64,000 nucleotides of DNA. It comes from a virus. Both the position numbers and the translations under genes were made by a program. Numbering within the stretch: position 1 is the stretch's first letter; each line of letters starts with the position of its first letter. Of the stretch, positions 61,210 through 64,000 are shown piece by piece. The notes under the pieces are model-generated. The model was not told the origin of the DNA. It made no database searches and saw only the letters and a list, made by a program, of their open reading frames with translations. Location: IMG/VR virus record IMGVR_UViG_3300032053_000013, positions 32,001 to 96,000 of that record, one strand, 5' to 3'.

Positions 61210-62511
61210 ATGGCGCCGAGGTGTGACGTTGGCGAGAACAACCTCGCCATGAAGCGACGGCTCCTGGAGATGGGGTGGGACCAGATCCCGCGGTTCCTGA
61301 TGCGGATGAGGGAGATCGGGCCGTCGGACAAGCTGGTCTTCGCCTTCATCCTGAACCGGATCCGAGACTTCGGCAACGGGAGGGCGTTCCCGTCCATCAT
61401 GACGATAGCCATGAACAACGCGCTGTCGATCCCGACGGTGAAGAGGAGCACGGCGGCGCTCGTCAAGATCGGGCTCCTGGTCAGGCACAGGAGGGGGCTC
61501 GGCAAGACGAACGAGTACGGGCTGCCGGACGAGATCCCCCCGTGGATCCTGGAGGCGTACGGCGGAGACCTCCGGTCCCAGAGAGATCAAAAAGACACCT
61601 CTGATAGATCAAAAAGATCTCCCGTGGGGGTCAAATTGAACCGTAGAAAGAGAGTGGTGGAAGTAGAGGGGGATGAAGGAGACCCTACGGGGGCGGGCTG
61701 CCGCCCGCCAGACGGTTCCGGGGCTCAACCGGGAAGGAAGACGGGTGAGTGGAAGGGTGCCAAGGCTGATGCACATGGCGGCGAGCCCAGGAGCCCCCAG
61801 GACGATTCCGGGGGAGGGGGCGCCCTTCCGCCTGCTGAGGAGGGTAAACGCGCCCAGGAGGGCTGGGCAGGGGCCTCCCCGTTCGTCCTGGACGGACCTC
61901 TCCCGGATGGGGGGGGAGGCGGGGTCCCGCCCGCGCATACGGTATGCGCCGGGGGGAGCCGGAAGGTGATGCCGTGGGAGAGGGAGGAGGATGCGGCGGG
62001 AGGGGGGAAGAGGAAGAAGCCGAGGAAGAAGGGGATGTACGACCCGGAAAAGCCGGTCTCGGAGTGGACCGGGAACGACCTGGTCGGGTACTTCCGGGAG
62101 ATGTTCAAGCGGGCCTGGCCGGGGGAGGGGGCCCCGGACGTCAGAATCGAGGACCTGGGGGCGGCGAAGCGCCGGATCGTCTGGATGAGGGACGAGGGCA
62201 TGGACATCGGGCTGGCGAAGAGGGCGGTGGACCACCTCTTCGCGAACTGGGGGGACGGGCTCCCCGGCAGGCTCCGGTGGAAGGGGTCGAGGCCCGGCAT
62301 CGCCATCGTCGAGAACGCGAGGCTCTTCGAGATGCTGGTCAGGGAGGCCCAGAACGGGGTGGCCACCGGGAAGACGGCGGACGAGTGGAAGGGGGACAGC
62401 GCCGAGGTCGAGAGGTACCAGAGGCGCGAGGAGATAAGGGCGAGGATGATCGATGAGGGTAGCACGCTGGAGCAGGCGGACCGTGAGTCCCGCCGACTGG
62501 CAGGCCTCTAA
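61210..62511 (+). CDS. Replication initiator with N-terminal winged HTH
   Basis: DKLVFAFI...AFPSIMTIA...LSIPTVKRS..AL..IGLL..HRR...TNEY; lies upstream of a DnaC-like gene. Confidence 0.8.
   Translation: MAPRCDVGENNLAMKRRLLEMGWDQIPRFLMRMREIGPSDKLVFAFILNRIRDFGNGRAFPSIMTIAMNNALSIPTVKRSTAALVKIGLLVRHRRGLGKTNEYGLPDEIPPWILEAYGGDLRSQRDQKDTSDRSKRSPVGVKLNRRKRVVEVEGDEGDPTGAGCRPPDGSGAQPGRKTGEWKGAKADAHGGEPRSPQDDSGGGGALPPAEEGKRAQEGWAGASPFVLDGPLPDGGGGGVPPAHTVCAGGSRKVMPWEREEDAAGGGKRKKPRKKGMYDPEKPVSEWTGNDLVGYFREMFKRAWPGEGAPDVRIEDLGAAKRRIVWMRDEGMDIGLAKRAVDHLFANWGDGLPGRLRWKGSRPGIAIVENARLFEMLVREAQNGVATGKTADEWKGDSAEVERYQRREEIRARMIDEGSTLEQADRESRRLAGL
61584..61639. repeat. Iteron-like repeats, 22-bp period (candidate origin)
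   Basis: AGATCAAAAAGA at 61584 and 61606, GGGTCAAATTGA at 61628, inside the initiator gene. Confidence 0.6.
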
Positions 62512-63040
62512 CGTCCCCGAGGGGAAGTGGGGCGTGGGCCTGGACGCCATCCCGCAGGGCCTGCCGTTCGTCGGCAGGGTCCGGGCGTACGTCGAGGGGC
62601 TGCGGGCCAACATCGAGGCAGGGATGGGCCTCATCCTCTGGGGGCCGTACCGGGGCGGGAAGTCCTGCGTCGCCGCGGCGGCGGTGGGGGAGGCCATGGC
62701 GCACGGGCTCGAGCCCTACTGGATCGACGCGTTCGACGTGGCCGACGCCTCGATCAGCCGGTCGTGCTGGCGCAGGGACAACATGCGCGGAGCCCCGCTC
62801 CTCGTCCTCGACGACCTGGGGATGGAGTCGCAGGACGAGAGGAGGGGGGAGTTCCCGAGGGAGAAGATCAGGGCCCTGCTGAAGTACCGGCTGGAGCGGC
62901 TGAGGCCCGTGGTCATCACGACGAACATGAGCCTGGCCGAGGTCAGGAAGGTCTACGGCGACAAGACGTGGGCGCTCCTCCAGGAGTACACGGACGACGT
63001 CCTCGTGAAGGGGGCCGAGGACCACTGGAGGCGGAAGTGA
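62453..63040 (+). CDS. DnaC/IstB-like AAA+ helicase loader
   Basis: LWGPYRGGKS Walker A, LLVLDDLGME Walker B, VVITTN. Confidence 0.85.
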   Translation: MRVARWSRRTVSPADWQASNVPEGKWGVGLDAIPQGLPFVGRVRAYVEGLRANIEAGMGLILWGPYRGGKSCVAAAAVGEAMAHGLEPYWIDAFDVADASISRSCWRRDNMRGAPLLVLDDLGMESQDERRGEFPREKIRALLKYRLERLRPVVITTNMSLAEVRKVYGDKTWALLQEYTDDVLVKGAEDHWRRK

Positions 63041-63297
63041 TGGGCAAGTCAACGCTGGACGCGAGGCAGGCGACGACGGACGAGGTCAGCGTGAGCGGAC
63101 TCGTGGCGGGGGACGGGGGGAAGATCCTGAGCGAGTGGATGGTGGAGGTCGAGGCGAAGGTCGACGCCATCCTTGAGGCGATCGGGCTGAACCACCAGAG
63201 GGGGCCGGACGGGAAGTGCGTGGAGGGATGCTGGTCCTGCCGGGTCATCGAGACGATGGACGGGATCAGGGTCTCCAGGAGGATACAGGGCAGGTGA
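63040..63297 (+). CDS. Small protein with H-x5-GKC-x3-C-x2-C motif
   Basis: HQRGPDGKCVEGCWSC. Confidence 0.6.
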   Translation: MGKSTLDARQATTDEVSVSGLVAGDGGKILSEWMVEVEAKVDAILEAIGLNHQRGPDGKCVEGCWSCRVIETMDGIRVSRRIQGR

Positions 63298-63325
63298 CGG
63301 CCGGAGCGGCCGGTTCGGAGAGGAG

Positions 63326-63706
63326 ATGGCGAGGGGGCCGACGGATGGGGCGCCGTTCGGCCAGAGGTTGCTGCGCCTCCGCAACGAGGTGGAGGCGAGG
63401 GTCAGGGTCATGTGCCCGCACCCCATCGGTAGCCGGGCGGAGAAGGCCTGGGTGGCCTGGGCCAAGGGGGTGGTGTTCGGGTGCGTGGTCGCGCAGGGGG
63501 GCGACGCTGGCCCGGGGGGCGACCTCGGGACCGAGGTGTGCCTGGAGAAGTTCCGGTCGTCGGGGCCGAAGAGGGGCGGCACGCCGATATGCAGGGATCC
63601 CACGGATTGCCACGGCTCCCGGGGACAGATGGCGGACATGAGGCAGAGGTTCTCGGAGGGAGGGAAATGGCAGGGGAAGGGGCGGGGACGAGATGGGAAA
63701 GGCTGA
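63326..63706 (+). CDS. Hypothetical protein
   Basis: 126 aa, several Cys; SD GGAGAGGAG. Confidence 0.5.
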   Translation: MARGPTDGAPFGQRLLRLRNEVEARVRVMCPHPIGSRAEKAWVAWAKGVVFGCVVAQGGDAGPGGDLGTEVCLEKFRSSGPKRGGTPICRDPTDCHGSRGQMADMRQRFSEGGKWQGKGRGRDGKG

Positions 63707-64000
63707 AGTCGCTGACCGGGCAGCCCGGGAGCCCGGTCGACGGGGACATGTTCTACAACCAGGTCATGGACGAGATATTCATCTACGACCAGGCGGAGTG
63801 GGTCGCGATGTACAACGTCGCGTCCTCCGTGGCGGAGGAGTCCGTCAAGAGGAAGGTGAGGGCGCTGGCCGACGCCGTCGACGTGGCCATGGAGGCGATC
63901 GAGATGAGCCACGACAGGGGCGGGGACGGGAAGTGCAGGGCGAGGTGCCCGGGCTGCGCGGTGAGGGAGAGGATCGTGTCCCTGGCGACCGCGCGAAGGC
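63667..64000 (+). CDS. Hypothetical protein, paralogue of 63040 (runs off the window)
   Basis: Translated by hand: MAGEG...GDMFYNQVMDEIFIYDQAEW...HDRGGDGKCRARCPGC. Confidence 0.6.
   Translation, partial: MAGEGAGTRWERLKSLTGQPGSPVDGDMFYNQVMDEIFIYDQAEWVAMYNVASSVAEESVKRKVRALADAVDVAMEAIEMSHDRGGDGKCRARCPGCAVRERIVSLATARR

Noticed and set aside
60819-61226. 135-aa ORF over the candidate RNA
   Set aside because: No SD, atypical codon use, and it crosses a terminator.

Overview
A 64-kb segment of a GC-rich, capsid-bearing contractile-tailed bacteriophage or prophage. All convincing genes are on the + strand; the long minus-strand and off-frame ORFs are GC-rich shadow ORFs. Left part (1-46,908), morphogenesis: portal C-terminus, prohead protease with probable nested scaffold, major capsid with an inserted domain, head-tail genes, sheath, two gp19-type tubes, a tail chaperone with a -1 frameshift signal, tape measure, and an eCIS-like baseplate (tube initiator, LysM-like, gpD hub, gp5/VgrG-like spike, PAAR, gp25, J, I). 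These are followed by an unusually large set of fibre, beta-helix and CBM-like proteins including a DUF6519-like protein, a metacaspase, and three proteins sharing an N-terminal motif. A free-standing LAGLIDADG endonuclease sits between two copies of the 5' part of a DUF1360-like gene. Right part (46,909-64,000), early and replication genes under six near-consensus TTGAC-N16-TATAAT promoters: SWIM, MoxR-type AAA, a stand-alone copy of the AAA C-terminal domain, metallopeptidase-VWA, topoisomerase Zn-ribbon, Cas2/PaaX-like protein, DksA/TraR, a C5 methyltransferase with an intein at its catalytic Cys, two ParB-N proteins, Vsr, a candidate ~300-nt structured RNA, an HTH replication initiator with 22-bp iterons, and a DnaC-like loader. 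No terminase, integrase, endolysin, tRNA or CRISPR array was recognised. All assignments are from motif reading by eye; no database searches were run.
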